This document shows positions 1 through 10,439 of a stretch of DNA of 64,000 nt, in pieces (positions within the stretch are counted from its first letter, which is position 1; every line of letters begins with the position of its first letter). The stretch covers positions 3,872,001 through 3,936,000 of the forward strand of contig OZ245002.1 of the NCBI GenBank assembly GCA_965223415.1, written 5' to 3'. This stretch comes from Myxococcota bacterium (GTDB lineage: Bacteria > Myxococcota_A > UBA9160 > UBA6930). The position numbers and the translations under genes were made by a program. The notes below the pieces were generated by a model that saw only the letters and a list, made by a program, of their open reading frames with translations, was not told where the DNA came from and did no database searches.

Positions 1-196
1 GCTGTTGATCCACGGCACCCAGGACCCGATGATCCCGGTCGAGCGCGCCCAGGAGAGCCGGGAGAAGCTCCTGGCTCGCGGGCTCAACGTGCACTACCGC
101 GAGTACGAGATGCAGCACGAGATCCGTCCCGAGGCCCTCCGGGAGATGGTCCTGTGGCTCGAGGAGAAGGTCTTCAACCTGATCCAGCTCGCGTGA
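1..196 (+). CDS. Phospholipase/carboxylesterase (alpha/beta hydrolase), C-terminal part; runs off the window start
   Basis: HGTQDPMIP...YEMQHEI motif typical of Abhydrolase_2 C-termini. Confidence 0.8.
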   Translation, partial: LLIHGTQDPMIPVERAQESREKLLARGLNVHYREYEMQHEIRPEALREMVLWLEEKVFNLIQLA

Positions 197-222
197 TAGG
201 CTGAGGCCTGCGGTGGAGGTAG

Positions 223-2235
223 GTGAGCCAGAGCATCCACGAGCAGGTGCGGCGGCAGCTTCGTTCGTCGCCCACGCTCGGGAAGGCGTCGCGGGGGGCC
301 GCTCGCTCCGCCCTCCTCCGGGCGTCGGCGATCACGCTGGCCCTCGTCCTGCTCACGGGCCTCGCCGCCGGTCAGGTGCGGGACGGGCGCGAGCGCGAGG
401 TCGAGCGGGAGACCCGTCTCATCGCCGACCAGGCCGCCGGCCACCTGGGGAGCTGGATCGACGGGCGCGTGGCCACCGTCCACGCCTTCGTCCAGCGCTG
501 GCCGGATCGCTATTCGGGCCGGCCCGAGATCTTCCGGCGGGACGCCCGCGTCTTCCTCGAGAGGCTCCCCGGACTCCAGGCCCTCAACTGGGTCGACACC
601 GACTGGGTGATCCGGACGACCGTTCCGAACGAGGGCAACGAGGCGGCTCTGGGCCGCGATCTCCACCACCACCCGTTCGCCGAAGTTCCCCGCGCCCTCG
701 CCCAGGCCGACGCCTCGGGGCTGCCCGCTCGCACGGCCGCCGCCGTCGTCTTCTTCCAGGGAGGCCAGGGCTTCGCCACCTACTGGCCGGTGATGGGACG
801 CGACGGAACGGAGGAGGGCTTCGTCAACGCCGTCTTCCGCACCGATCGCATGATGGAGGTCTCCCGTGTGGCCTCCCAGCTCCAAGCCGAGTACCGGATC
901 GGGCTCGTGGAGGACGACGGGTCGGTGGCGTTCGCCTCACCAGGCGAAGACGCCGACGAAACGGCAGCCTGGCCCTTCGCCGAGAGGCGCAAGCTGCCAC
1001 TGATCGATCGCCCCATCGCGCTCGTCACTGCGCCGACCCCCGCGCGCCTGAGTGCTCTCGCGACACCCGCCGACCTGCGAAACCTGCTCGGTGTGCTCGG
1101 TGCCTGCGCCCTCGTCGGCGTGCTCGCCTACGGGGTGCTCCGCCGTCAGACCGATCTCAACCGGCTGGCGCTGGCGACCGCCCAGGCCGAGGAGGGGATC
1201 CTGGTGGTGGGCCGCGATGCCCGCATCGAGTACGCGAACGCGGCCGCGACACGGATGATGGCGCGGGACGGCCTGGGCGGCCGCGACGTGTTCTCGCTCT
1301 CGGAAGGCGAGGGGGACGACGCGCTCCTTACGGAGATCGCGGAGGCCGTGGCCCAGGGGCGCGTCTGGCAGCGCCGTTACGCCTCCGTGTGGTCGGACGG
1401 TTCCCGCCACCTGCGCGACGCGAGCGTCACGCCGGTGCGCGAGCCTTCCGGCTCCGTCAGCCGCTTCGTCGCCGTCATCCGTGACGTCACCCGCGAACAC
1501 GAGCTGCAGGAGCAGCTCCGCCACTCCCAGAAGATGGAGGCCGTCGGACGCCTGGCCGGGGGCGCCGCCCACGAGTTCAACAACCTGCTCACCGTGATCC
1601 AGGGCTACGCGGAGCAGCTCGTCGACGAGCTGGACGAGAAGGCCGAGAGCCGCCGCGCCGCCGCGACGATCCAGGACGCCGCGAGGCGGGCCGCCCGCAT
1701 CGTGGGCCAGCTGCTGGCCTTCGCCCGCCGAACGGATTCCCAGCCCGAGCGCCTGCACCTGGCGGCCGCCGTCGATCGCCTCGAGATGGTCCTGCGCGGC
1801 GCCGTGGGCGAGCAGGTCACGCTCGTGATGCATCACGCGCCCGATCTCCCCCCGGTCCTGGTCGATCCGGGCCACATCCAGCAGGTGCTCGTCAACCTGT
1901 GCATGAACGCTCGGGACGCCCTGCCCGGCGGCGGCACCGTCACCCTCGAGACCCGCGAGGAGGAGATCGGGGAAGAGCCCTCCGGCACTCTCCCCGAGCT
2001 CCCCGCCGGCCGCTATGCCGCCCTGTCCGTCGCCGACGACGGCCTCGGCATGGACGAGGCCGTCCGCGCCCGCATGTTCGAGCCCTTCTTCACCACGAAA
2101 GAGGTAGGCCGCGGCACTGGCCTCGGCCTCGCGACCGTCTACGGCATCGCCGAGCAGGCCGGCGGCGCGCTGCGGGTCGAGAGCGAGCCCGGCCGGGGGA
2201 CGGTAGTGACGCTCTACCTGCCCGTTGCGGAGTAG
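223..2235 (+). CDS. Membrane sensor histidine kinase (CHASE-like periplasmic domain, PAS, HisKA, HATPase)
   Basis: Two TM segments; QKMEAVGRLAGGAAHEFNNLL H-box; NLCMNARDA, DDGLGM, FEPFFTTK and GTGLGL boxes; start codon uncertain. Confidence 0.9.
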   Translation: MSQSIHEQVRRQLRSSPTLGKASRGAARSALLRASAITLALVLLTGLAAGQVRDGREREVERETRLIADQAAGHLGSWIDGRVATVHAFVQRWPDRYSGRPEIFRRDARVFLERLPGLQALNWVDTDWVIRTTVPNEGNEAALGRDLHHHPFAEVPRALAQADASGLPARTAAAVVFFQGGQGFATYWPVMGRDGTEEGFVNAVFRTDRMMEVSRVASQLQAEYRIGLVEDDGSVAFASPGEDADETAAWPFAERRKLPLIDRPIALVTAPTPARLSALATPADLRNLLGVLGACALVGVLAYGVLRRQTDLNRLALATAQAEEGILVVGRDARIEYANAAATRMMARDGLGGRDVFSLSEGEGDDALLTEIAEAVAQGRVWQRRYASVWSDGSRHLRDASVTPVREPSGSVSRFVAVIRDVTREHELQEQLRHSQKMEAVGRLAGGAAHEFNNLLTVIQGYAEQLVDELDEKAESRRAAATIQDAARRAARIVGQLLAFARRTDSQPERLHLAAAVDRLEMVLRGAVGEQVTLVMHHAPDLPPVLVDPGHIQQVLVNLCMNARDALPGGGTVTLETREEEIGEEPSGTLPELPAGRYAALSVADDGLGMDEAVRARMFEPFFTTKEVGRGTGLGLATVYGIAEQAGGALRVESEPGRGTVVTLYLPVAE

Positions 2236-2274
2236 CGAGACCCGGGCCGCAGTTGGCTACCCTCTCGGGACCGT

Positions 2275-2350
2275 CGGGGTGTAGCTCAGTGGCCAGAGCC
2301 GGATCTTTGGGGGATCCGCGTCGCGGGTTCGAATCCCGCCACCCCGACCA
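2275..2350 (+). tRNA. tRNA-Pro (anticodon TGG)
   Basis: Cloverleaf: acceptor CGGGGTG/CACCCCG, D arm GCTC/GAGC, anticodon stem GGATC/GATCC with loop TTTGGGG, T arm GCGGG-TTCGAAT-CCCGC, encoded CCA; C1-G72 and A73 Pro identity elements. Confidence 0.95.
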
Positions 2351-4232
2351 AACGCCCTCGCGAGGGAGGCCTGTCAGCTCGGCAGCTTGGGCCGAGATGA
2401 TCTCGGGCGTTCGGTTGCGCTGATTGGCCCAGCAGGCCCAGCAAGAGAACGCCGGGGATGGGTGGCTACAGCATCTTCGGTTCTCTCCTGGTCTGAATGG
2501 AGAGAGCAAGAGACGTGCCAGCGGCTTCGAGGGCCTGGGGAGAGCCGTCGTGGCACTTCGCGCGACTTCAACCACGACTTTGGCGGACGCTCGACGGCCA
2601 AGCTCAGCCAAGCCAACTCAACCGCTCCAGTTCTCGAGTGCGCCGCCTCTCACTATGCGCGCCTTGAAGTTGGGGTTCAGGAAAATCTCTCCGAGGCTGC
2701 CCTTGCCTACTCGCCTTCCTCGGACGCGGGAACGAGGCGATCCTCCTCGGAGAGTTCCAGCCGGATGAACTGGCGCATCGAGTCCGGAATATCATTATCG
2801 GCAACGAGCATCTGTAGTCGGTCCCCATGCTCGCGGCACGTGTCCCCAAGGAGCCGATAGATCGCCTCTCGGCGGGCGGGATCTCTGCCCTCTTCGCCGA
2901 AATGCTCGCTCAACCCGTCAATGAAGAGGATGTTGGGCAGCGCCAGGTCGTATGCGAACGCATTCAGCTGATGCGCGACCGTGTGCGCAACGTTCACTAG
3001 CGTTCCTAGTCCTGGAGAACTCAGCTCGTCGAATCGGCGACCGTGGAAGATCGGGAGGAAAGTCCTTCGGTCTATCTTGCACTCTTCCTCCTCTCCGAAT
3101 TCGGGAGGGTGCAGTCGTGACACGAGTTCGTCGAAGACCGCTTCGAGGCCATCGATCCGTTCTTGGACGCTTCCCGACGCGTCGCCTAGTGACTCAAGCT
3201 TCGCCTGAAGCTCTTCTTTGCGACGCTCCAGATTCAGAGAATGCTCGCGATCTCGGTCCAGCTTCCCAAGAACAGCAAGGTAGTCGCTGTACTGAGAGAC
3301 TCGTGCTCGGGCAGATGCGCGGTTTTCAGCAGCCTCTGTCATCGCAGCGGCACGAGCTGATACGAACGATTCCGTTCGGAAGTCAAGCTCCCGTGCGTTC
3401 TCTCTTGCCTGCTCTTCGAGGATGACGAGCTCATTTCTTAGTTCATTGGCTCGTTGCTCACGAACCTCGAGGAGTTCGTTGGCTTCGACTAGCTGTGCAT
3501 CAACGCGCCGGCTCTCCTTTACCAAGCTCTCTCGTGAATAGTCTACGCGAGGAGGCTGCAAGCAGAGGTAGCAGTCGTCTTCACTGCTGCGGGATTGCTC
3601 CACCTCGGATCCACACCGGGGGCAGACCACGAAGTCGATATCGAGAAGGTGCTTGTTGGCTACGATCGACCGCGTAAGTTGTCTCGCGTTGGTCTCCAAC
3701 TGCGCGGCGAGCCGACTCAGCTCTTCGACGCTTCGATTCTCGGCTTCTAGTCCTTCCCTGGCTTCAGCGACCTTCGAGCTCAGTTCTAGCTGCCTGCGCC
3801 GAAGCTCCCTGATGAGGGGTTCGTCCTCAGCGCCTCGGGCAAGTTCTTTGGTCTGATCCTCCGCTGCCTGCAGTTCGCGCTTCGCTTCGGCGAGGTTTCG
3901 CTCGATCTCGGCCCGGTTCTCCATGGGCGTGTCGTCGAAGAACTTCTCGAAGAGGCTGTCGCGCGACTTGAGGTCCCTGGCCTGAGCAAGCACGTGTCGG
4001 AGTTCTTCCTGAACCTCAGCGGCTTCGACGCTGTGGATTCCGTAGAGGATCTCGAATACGTACTTGCGTTTGATGTTCTTCGCGAAGTCGCGGTGTCCGA
4101 AGACTGTGTCGCCGATCTCGTCCTGGCGCAGTGTGCAGTAGAGGAGGTAGTCGCGAATCGTGACTGGCGTCGGCTCACTCTCCGGCTGTGTTGGCCGCGA
4201 CGGCACGTCAAGGCGCGGAAGCGATAGCTGTT

Positions 4233-5360
4233 CTAGTGTCCTGTTCCAGAAGAAACCACTCGATTAGAATCGGAGTGGACGTCGAGGACGCGACCACAGT
4301 AGCGCCGCACACTCGCGAGGATCTGATCCGCGGTCTTGGTCCAGACGAAGGGTCTCGGATCGTCGTTCGTCGTCTTCAGGAAGCTCCGGATGTCGTTCTC
4401 GAGCGCCCTCGTGCTGCGATGCACGCCGCGACGGATGCAACGCTCGGTGATGAGTGCAAAGAACCGCTCGACCTGATTCAGCCATGAGCTGTACGTCGGG
4501 GTGAAGTGCACGTGGAAACGAGGGTGGCGCGCGAGCCAGCTCCGAGTTCGCTTCGTCTTGTGCGTGGTGTAGTTGTCGAGCACGAGATGGATGTCGAGTT
4601 CGGCGGGTACGTTGTCGTCGATCGTCCTGAGGAACTTCAGGAACTCCTCCGTGCGGTGCCGGCGATGGAGGGATCCGATCACTTCGCCCGTTGCGATGTT
4701 GAGTGCGGCAAAGAGTGTCGTCGTGCCATGGCGTAGGTATCCGTGTGTGCGCTGCTCCGCCCGGCCCGGTTGCATCGGCAAGACAGGCTGGTTCCGTTCC
4801 AGCGCTTGGATCTGCGATTTCTCGTCGACGCAGAGGACGACCGCGTTCGCCGGCGGAGACATGTACAGGCCGACGATATCCACCACCTTGTCCACAAAAT
4901 GGGGATCGTTGGAGAGCCGGAAGCGCTCGACTCGGTGCGGCTGGAGGCTGAATGCTCGCCAGATGCGATGAACCGTCGTCGTCGGGAGGCCTACCCGCTT
5001 CGCCATCAGGCGAACGGACCAGTGCGTCGCTCCCGTGGGCGTTTCCTCTAGCGTCAAGCGCACGACCTCATCGACCTGCTCGTCGGTCACCGTCCGGGGC
5101 GCTCCCGGCTTGGGCTCGTCGTAGAGCCCAGCGATCCGCTTTTCGACGAAGCGCTTGCGCCAGATCCCGACGGTCTCTCGTCGCTTGCCTACGCGTTCCG
5201 CGATTTCCCCATTCGTCAGCCCCTGCTCTGCGAGCAATACAATGCGCGAGCGGTAGGCCAACTGATGCGCGCTCTTCCGCCTTCTGGCGTGCGTCTGGAG
5301 CTCTTCTCGCTCCGCATCCGTCAGCACAATCGGCGTCTTGGGCCGGCCACGATTCGCCAT
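4233..5360 (-). CDS. IS630-family transposase
   Basis: HTH region, then [23 protein letters not shown] and SWLNQVE DDE motifs; stop TAG is formed at the target site. Confidence 0.95.
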   Translation of the reverse strand: MANRGRPKTPIVLTDAEREELQTHARRRKSAHQLAYRSRIVLLAEQGLTNGEIAERVGKRRETVGIWRKRFVEKRIAGLYDEPKPGAPRTVTDEQVDEVVRLTLEETPTGATHWSVRLMAKRVGLPTTTVHRIWRAFSLQPHRVERFRLSNDPHFVDKVVDIVGLYMSPPANAVVLCVDEKSQIQALERNQPVLPMQPGRAEQRTHGYLRHGTTTLFAALNIATGEVIGSLHRRHRTEEFLKFLRTIDDNVPAELDIHLVLDNYTTHKTKRTRSWLARHPRFHVHFTPTYSSWLNQVERFFALITERCIRRGVHRSTRALENDIRSFLKTTNDDPRPFVWTKTADQILASVRRYCGRVLDVHSDSNRVVSSGTGH

Positions 5361-5447
5361 ACGTCCCCCCAACGTGATGCCGGTAAGATGCCCCCTGCAC
5401 GTTGGGAGTTCGCACTATTTTGCGTACTTTTTTCCGAAACAGGACAC
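4236..5447 (-). mobile_element. IS630-family insertion sequence
   Basis: TIRs GTGTCCTGTTCCAGAAGAA / GTGTCCTGTTTCGGAAAAA (16/19); TA duplicated at 4234-4235 and 5448-5449 within CTAG. Confidence 0.95.
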
Positions 5448-5791
5448 TAGGAGCCAGTGCACATAGCTGGTGGAGCGTGCGTCGGCTCGATACGCGGGCA
5501 GGCGATAGGTGCCCGACTCCCCGGCGACTTCAACAGGAGCGTTGATTGTCGTAACCGCGGGCCGCGCGACAGTGAACGCGCTGTCGCCGAGCATCAGCTC
5601 GCCGACGACGGTGTCGACAGCGTCCCGGGCCTCTCTAGGCATGTCCTCGAACGAACCGCCAAGCAAGGACCGGCACAAGCGCATTAGTGTCGTCTTGCCG
5701 CTCGCGATGGGCCCGGTAATGATGTTGAGCCCCGGCTCGAATGCGACCGAGCGGTCGGTGCCGCGCAGCTGAAGCGAGTTCAAGCGAACTC

Positions 5792-6319
5792 TCACAGCCT
5801 CGTCCCCCACGACGCGTCGGCAATCTCGGGGAAGTGCCTATAGACGAGGCTCTTGAGCGTCTCGCCCGAGAGGTTGAGGTGCTTCTGAAGGATCTCTGCA
5901 CGTTTCATGGTTGACTGCCATTCCGGCTCCTCGCTGATCTTCCGCGCTACCTCACGGCCTGCCTCGGTGACGCGGTACCCGATCCCACTCTTGACAGAGA
6001 CGGGTTCGACGAGTCCCCTGCCGATTAGTCTCCCAAGGATCGCGAAGTACGCTGGGTCCCAGGGGCCGTAGCGGTACCTGACCATTCGCGTGTCGAGGTT
6101 CTCGCTCTCAAGTGTGTCGTCAGGGAGGTCCGCTTGCTTGTTTCGGATGCGGAGCATGTCGCGGAGATAGGTTGGGTACCGGAGGAGGAAGTCGAGTTTC
6201 GCGAGCTTCGTCCTGCCGTCGACCGACCCCGTGAGTCGGCGCTTGCCGCTAAACGCATCAATAAGTAGGAGGATCCGGGCCTCCGCGTCAAGAGTCGGAA
6301 CGAACTGGGTCCTACGCAT
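5792..6319 (-). CDS. lmuC: ABC-three-component/Lamassu middle component (LmuC-like, winged-helix-like), 175 aa
   Basis: LAKLDFLLRYP...YRYGPWD...LGRLIGRGLV; overlaps the upstream nuclease stop by 8 nt and the ATPase start by GTGA; middle position in the operon. Confidence 0.7.
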   Translation of the reverse strand: MRRTQFVPTLDAEARILLLIDAFSGKRRLTGSVDGRTKLAKLDFLLRYPTYLRDMLRIRNKQADLPDDTLESENLDTRMVRYRYGPWDPAYFAILGRLIGRGLVEPVSVKSGIGYRVTEAGREVARKISEEPEWQSTMKRAEILQKHLNLSGETLKSLVYRHFPEIADASWGTRL

Positions 6320-6605
6320 CGTCGGACTCGGAGCCCCAATCGAAATCGCACTCGTCGCTGATCTCACACAACTCGCCGAGCAGTAGCATTCCGTCGGCTG
6401 CGAATAACTTGTGCTGATCGATTGTGTGTGCGTTCTGCATCAGGCGGGCCGAAACGTCGTTCCAGATGTGGCGAGCCGGATTGGGCTTGTCGAGGTGGAT
6501 CGATCTTGCCGCATTCGCGTGAACGATGAGTCTCTGGCGGACGTCGTCTAGTTCCTCCTCGTACCCGAACAGGTCGGCTGCTCGACGCTCCAGTTTGTGC
6601 GTTAG

Positions 6606-7875
6606 CAGGCTGCTGAAAAACCCTGCGTTTCCGTGTTCTCGATGGTAGAAGATGGGTCGGGGGGAGAGAGGATGCGCGGCAGCGACCGAGAGCAGGGTTC
6701 GATGTTCAGCTACGTCTCGCTGGAGACGCGGATTCCGGAGGATCATCCGCTTCGCCCCATGCGGGCGATGGTGGACGAGGCGCTGAGGGGCCTGTCTCGG
6801 CGGTTCTCGGAGCTCTACGCGTCGACGGGCCGGCCGTCGATCCCACCGGAGCGGCTGCTGCGGGCTCTGTTGCTGCAGGTGCTCTACTCGATCCGGAGTG
6901 AGCGCCAGCTGATGGAGCAGCTCGAGTACAACCTGCTGTTCCGTTGGTTCGTAGGGCTGGGGATGGAGGATGCGGTCTGGGTCCCGACGGTCTTCACGAA
7001 GAACCGGGACCGGCTGCTGGAAGGGGACGTGGCGGAGGCGTTCTTTGAGGCGGTGCTGGCGCAGGGAAAGGACCACGGCCTTCTGTCGTCGGAGCACTTC
7101 ACGGTGGATGGCACGCTGATCGAGGCGTGGGCGAGCCAGAAGAGCTTCCGGGCGAAGGACGGCTCGGGGGACGACGGAGACGACGATCCGGGCAACCCGA
7201 CGGTGAACTTTCGGGGAGAGCGGCGGAGCAACGCGACGCACGAATCGACGACGGATCCCGAGGCGCGGCTGGCGCGCAAGAAGGGCCAGACCTCGCAGCT
7301 GGCCTACATGGGCCATCTGCTGACGGAGAACCGCAACGGCCTGATCGTCTCGGCGCTGCTGACGGAGGCCGATGGCTACGCCGAGCGGCTGGCAGCGCTG
7401 GAGATGGCGGAGGACGTGGCGGGAAGGCGCCGGATCACGCTGGGCGGGGACAAGGGCTACGACACCGAGGAGTTCGTGGCGGGCTGCCGGAAGCGCAACA
7501 TCACGCCGCACGTGGCGCAGCACACGACGAATCGGGCCAGCCGGATCGACGGTCGCACGGTCCGTCACGAGGGCTACGCGATCAGCCAGCACAAACGCAA
7601 GCGGATCGAGGAGTGCTTCGGTTGGATGAAGACGGTCGGGGGAATGCGAAAGACGCGTCACCGGGGCACGGATCGGGTCGGGTGGATGTTCGTCTTCACG
7701 GCGGCGGTCTACAACCTGGTCCGCATACGCAACCTCGTAGAGGTCACATGACGCACCTGCATCGAGACGAGGTACCCCGGATCGCTTCCGGGATCGAAGA
7801 GCGAGCCGAGCGGGCCGCGGGGACCCGCGCCCTCTGGCGTTCTGGCGCCTCTCAGCGCCGAATTTCAGCAGCCTG
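6606..7875 (+). mobile_element. IS5-family insertion sequence
   Basis: Perfect 13-bp TIR CAGGCTGCTGAAA; 4-bp target duplication TTAG at 6602-6605 and 7876-7879. Confidence 0.95.
6672..7751 (+). CDS. IS5-family transposase
   Basis: MRGSD...HPLR, GRPSIPPERLL, VDGTLIEAWAS, GDKGYD and RKRIEECFGW motifs. Confidence 0.95.
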   Translation: MRGSDREQGSMFSYVSLETRIPEDHPLRPMRAMVDEALRGLSRRFSELYASTGRPSIPPERLLRALLLQVLYSIRSERQLMEQLEYNLLFRWFVGLGMEDAVWVPTVFTKNRDRLLEGDVAEAFFEAVLAQGKDHGLLSSEHFTVDGTLIEAWASQKSFRAKDGSGDDGDDDPGNPTVNFRGERRSNATHESTTDPEARLARKKGQTSQLAYMGHLLTENRNGLIVSALLTEADGYAERLAALEMAEDVAGRRRITLGGDKGYDTEEFVAGCRKRNITPHVAQHTTNRASRIDGRTVRHEGYAISQHKRKRIEECFGWMKTVGGMRKTRHRGTDRVGWMFVFTAAVYNLVRIRNLVEVT

Positions 7876-9500
7876 TTAGGGCGTTCATTCTGAGGTTTCG
7901 GGCGTCCGCCTGAATCCTCGAGTCGGCGCCTGCAGCGGTCATCTTTCTCTCGACGCTCGTCAGTTGTCGCGCACCTACCTCTGTGACTCGCCTCAGGAGC
8001 GGGCGAGCAGGCGCAGTGATCGGCGCGATGAGACCGAGCAACTCTGTGCGCTCCAGCGTCTTCGCTACTAGCCGCTGCCGAGCGTCGTCCGCTGCCGACT
8101 CGGGGTCCGCAACGCATGCGGGCCAGTTTGGCCCGATCGGATCTGCCCGCATTGCTGCCTCGATCCTGGAGGCCAACCCCGCATGGATCGACTCGATCTG
8201 GGCCCGCGTAAGGTGGCCCGCATGGTCGCCGAGGAGCCTGTAGTTCATCGCCTCTATCGCGTCGCGCGTGGCATGAGGGGGGTGCATGACTACTCGTTCG
8301 AGGAAGGCACGCGCGTCCAGTTCGGGTATGCCGAAGGCTGTAGCGACCCTGGACACGAGATCAGGGTCTCCACGATTTCCCGCGCGCCGCAGATGCTTAA
8401 TGGGGCTTCGGGGACTGTGGGGCCCTTCAAGAACGAGTTCCAGCGACGCGTTCCCATCGGGCATCAGTTGATGTGTGCGATACAGGCTGCGAAGCGCGCC
8501 ACCATCTTCCTTGAGGAGATCTGATAGCACCCACGGGCCGCGTTCTTCGTCCTTGGTCTTGATTTGGAGGAATCGCCAGCGGTCGTCGCAGACAAGAGCG
8601 ACGTCTTCGTGGTGCTCCGGGACCACGCGCAGAATGTCGCCACCGAGCGCACATTCGAGGCAGAAGGGCAGTGCCACAAGCGCCTGATAGTAGTACCGCG
8701 CAAACGTTTCTGAGCCCGTGTCGTCTTCGGGTGCGATTTCTTCGGGATCTACAGGCACGGCGGCTCCGAGCGGACGGACGCGACTAGCGTGACACTGTTT
8801 GGATGCTGCTCGGGTCTCGATTACCCAGTGTGGTGCCCGTAGCCCACGCGCAGAAATGGTGGGCGCTTCGACGCGTCGCAAATGCCGAGGTTCGTGTCCC
8901 TGCACGCTGCGGCTCTCGATGGGCGGTCGATCCCCTGATTGGGGTAGGTCGGCCATCTCCCTCGGAAACCGAGGCTTCGCAACCAGACTACCGCCACAGG
9001 CAGGTCACCTTTCTGGATGCCTGATCGCGGATCGCGGGCGGCGCTGTGAACTGGTTCACAGCGGGTCTCCGGCTCCGGGTCTCAAGATGGCAGCGGACGG
9101 AGGTTCCCAACCCGCTCGCCCTCTCGAAGGACCACGCGCTTCGAGAACGACGCCATCATGTCCGCGATCCCGGCCGGGCCCACGCTCGACCCGGTGTTCT
9201 GGCAGAGAGCCAGGTCGATCGCGTCGGCGCGCTCGAGCAGCTCCAGGCCTAGTGCTCTTCTTCAAACGGAGGAGGGTTCGCCCGCCATCCACCGCACCAA
9301 CGCCGGTGTCGAGGGACGTCATCTCTTGCGCGCTAAGAGGACGGCTAGTTTTGCGCACCCCCCTGGGTTGATGTTCGGTTCTTCCTTCTTCTCTTCCGCT
9401 CTCCGAAGGAGAGCACGGCCGTCAGGCCGCCCTCTGGGGCCTCAACGCTGGGCGCTTTGCCCCGCGGCCTGGCCCTGCCCCGATCTCGTAGACACTCTGG

Positions 9501-10439
9501 TTACGCTGCTTGGGCAGGTCCTTCCTGGCCGTGCAGATTGATGCCGCCGCGGGGTGCGGGGGCGGAGTCCTCGCACCCCGCGGCGGCATGTCGGAGTTCG
9601 TACTCGATCGGGCTCGTGTAGCCGATCGACGAGTGCCTCCGAATCGGGTTGTAGAACCCGTCGATGTAGTCGACCACCATCGCCTCCGTCATGGCCGCAC
9701 CATGCAAGGGCTCGCCGAGGAAGAGCTCCGTCTTCAGCGTCCCGAAGAAGCTCTCGGCCACTGCGTTGTCCCAGCAGTTGCCGCGACGACTCATGCTCAG
9801 GACGAGCTTCGCGTGGTCGAGTGCGTGGCGGAAGTCGCTGCTCGCGTACTGGCTCCCGCGATCCGCGTGGACGAGCACCTCTCGGGCGCCTGGTCGGCTC
9901 GCGAGGGCTCGGTCCAGCGCCTGCAGCACCAATGACGTATCGATGCGATCCCCGATCGCGTAGCCGACCACGCGCCGCGAGAACATGTCGAGAATCACCG
10001 CCAGATAGAGCCACCCTTCGAGCGTCCGCAGATACGTGAGGTCCGTCGCCCAGGCCACGTCCGGGGCCGGCGCTTCGAACTCCCGCATCAGCAGGTTCGC
10101 TGCGATCGGGCTGCCGTGGTTCGAGTCCGTCGTCGTCCGGAAACGCCGCTTGTGGCTCCCCTGGAGCCCTTCGGCCGCCATCAACGAGGCCACCCGCTTG
10201 CGCGACACCCGACGTCCTTCGTCCCGAAGGTCGCGATGGATGCGCGGGCTTCCGTACGTCCCGCGACTGGCCTTGTGGGAGGCCCTGATCGCCACCCGCA
10301 GCTCGGCGTTCTCGATCGAACGCGCCGAGGGAGGACGACGCCTCCAAGCGTAGTAACCGGCCCGCGAAACCTGCAGACACCGGCAGAGGGTCACAATCGG
10401 GTAGCTCGCCCGCTCCGCGTCGATGAAACGGAACCTCAT
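9501..10439 (-). CDS. IS3 transposase OrfB (integrase core)
   Basis: YGSPRI, WATDLTY, HADRGSQY, CWDNAVAESFF. Confidence 0.95.
   Translation of the reverse strand: MRFRFIDAERASYPIVTLCRCLQVSRAGYYAWRRRPPSARSIENAELRVAIRASHKASRGTYGSPRIHRDLRDEGRRVSRKRVASLMAAEGLQGSHKRRFRTTTDSNHGSPIAANLLMREFEAPAPDVAWATDLTYLRTLEGWLYLAVILDMFSRRVVGYAIGDRIDTSLVLQALDRALASRPGAREVLVHADRGSQYASSDFRHALDHAKLVLSMSRRGNCWDNAVAESFFGTLKTELFLGEPLHGAAMTEAMVVDYIDGFYNPIRRHSSIGYTSPIEYELRHAAAGCEDSAPAPRGGINLHGQEGPAQAA

Larger units (their letters stand above)
2707..5795 (-). pseudogene. lmuB: Lamassu LmuB-like SMC/Rad50-type ABC ATPase, split by IS630 (parts 5795-5448 and 4233-2707; reconstructed ~624 aa)
   Basis: N part has Walker A GPIASGKTT. 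C part has coiled coil, CPRC...CYLC, LSSPG signature-like motif and ILFIDG Walker B. Removing the IS joins ...YVHWLL to [14 protein letters not shown]... in frame. Confidence 0.85.
6312..8758 (-). pseudogene. lmuA: Lamassu LmuA-like effector: Cap4/DUF4297-type PD-(D/E)xK nuclease plus C-terminal domain, split by IS5 (parts 8758-7876 and 6601-6312; reconstructed ~390 aa)
   Basis: DDTGSETFARYYYQ...PEHHEDV...FLQIKTK motif; removing the IS joins NLRMNALT to HKLERRAAD...LLGELCEISDECDFDW; GGAG upstream of GTG 8758. Confidence 0.8.

Noticed and set aside
2351..2706. Integrase remnant or terminator after the tRNA
   Set aside because: No recombinase motifs in the frames inspected; short hairpins (CCCTCGCGAGGG) lack a U-tract.
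5415..5810. 131-aa stand-alone ATPase ORF (and the 499-aa ORF 2707-4206) as separate genes
   Set aside because: They are two halves of one gene split by IS630; the tail VSCFGKKYAK comes from the IS TIR.
6312..8117. 601-aa minus-strand ORF
   Set aside because: Chimeric: mostly the antisense of the IS5 transposase; only the last ~96 codons are the real effector C-terminus.
8960..9469. Short ORFs upstream of the effector as a regulator of the defence operon
   Set aside because: No HTH/WYL motif or consistent frame; they look like decayed fragments and cannot be assigned.
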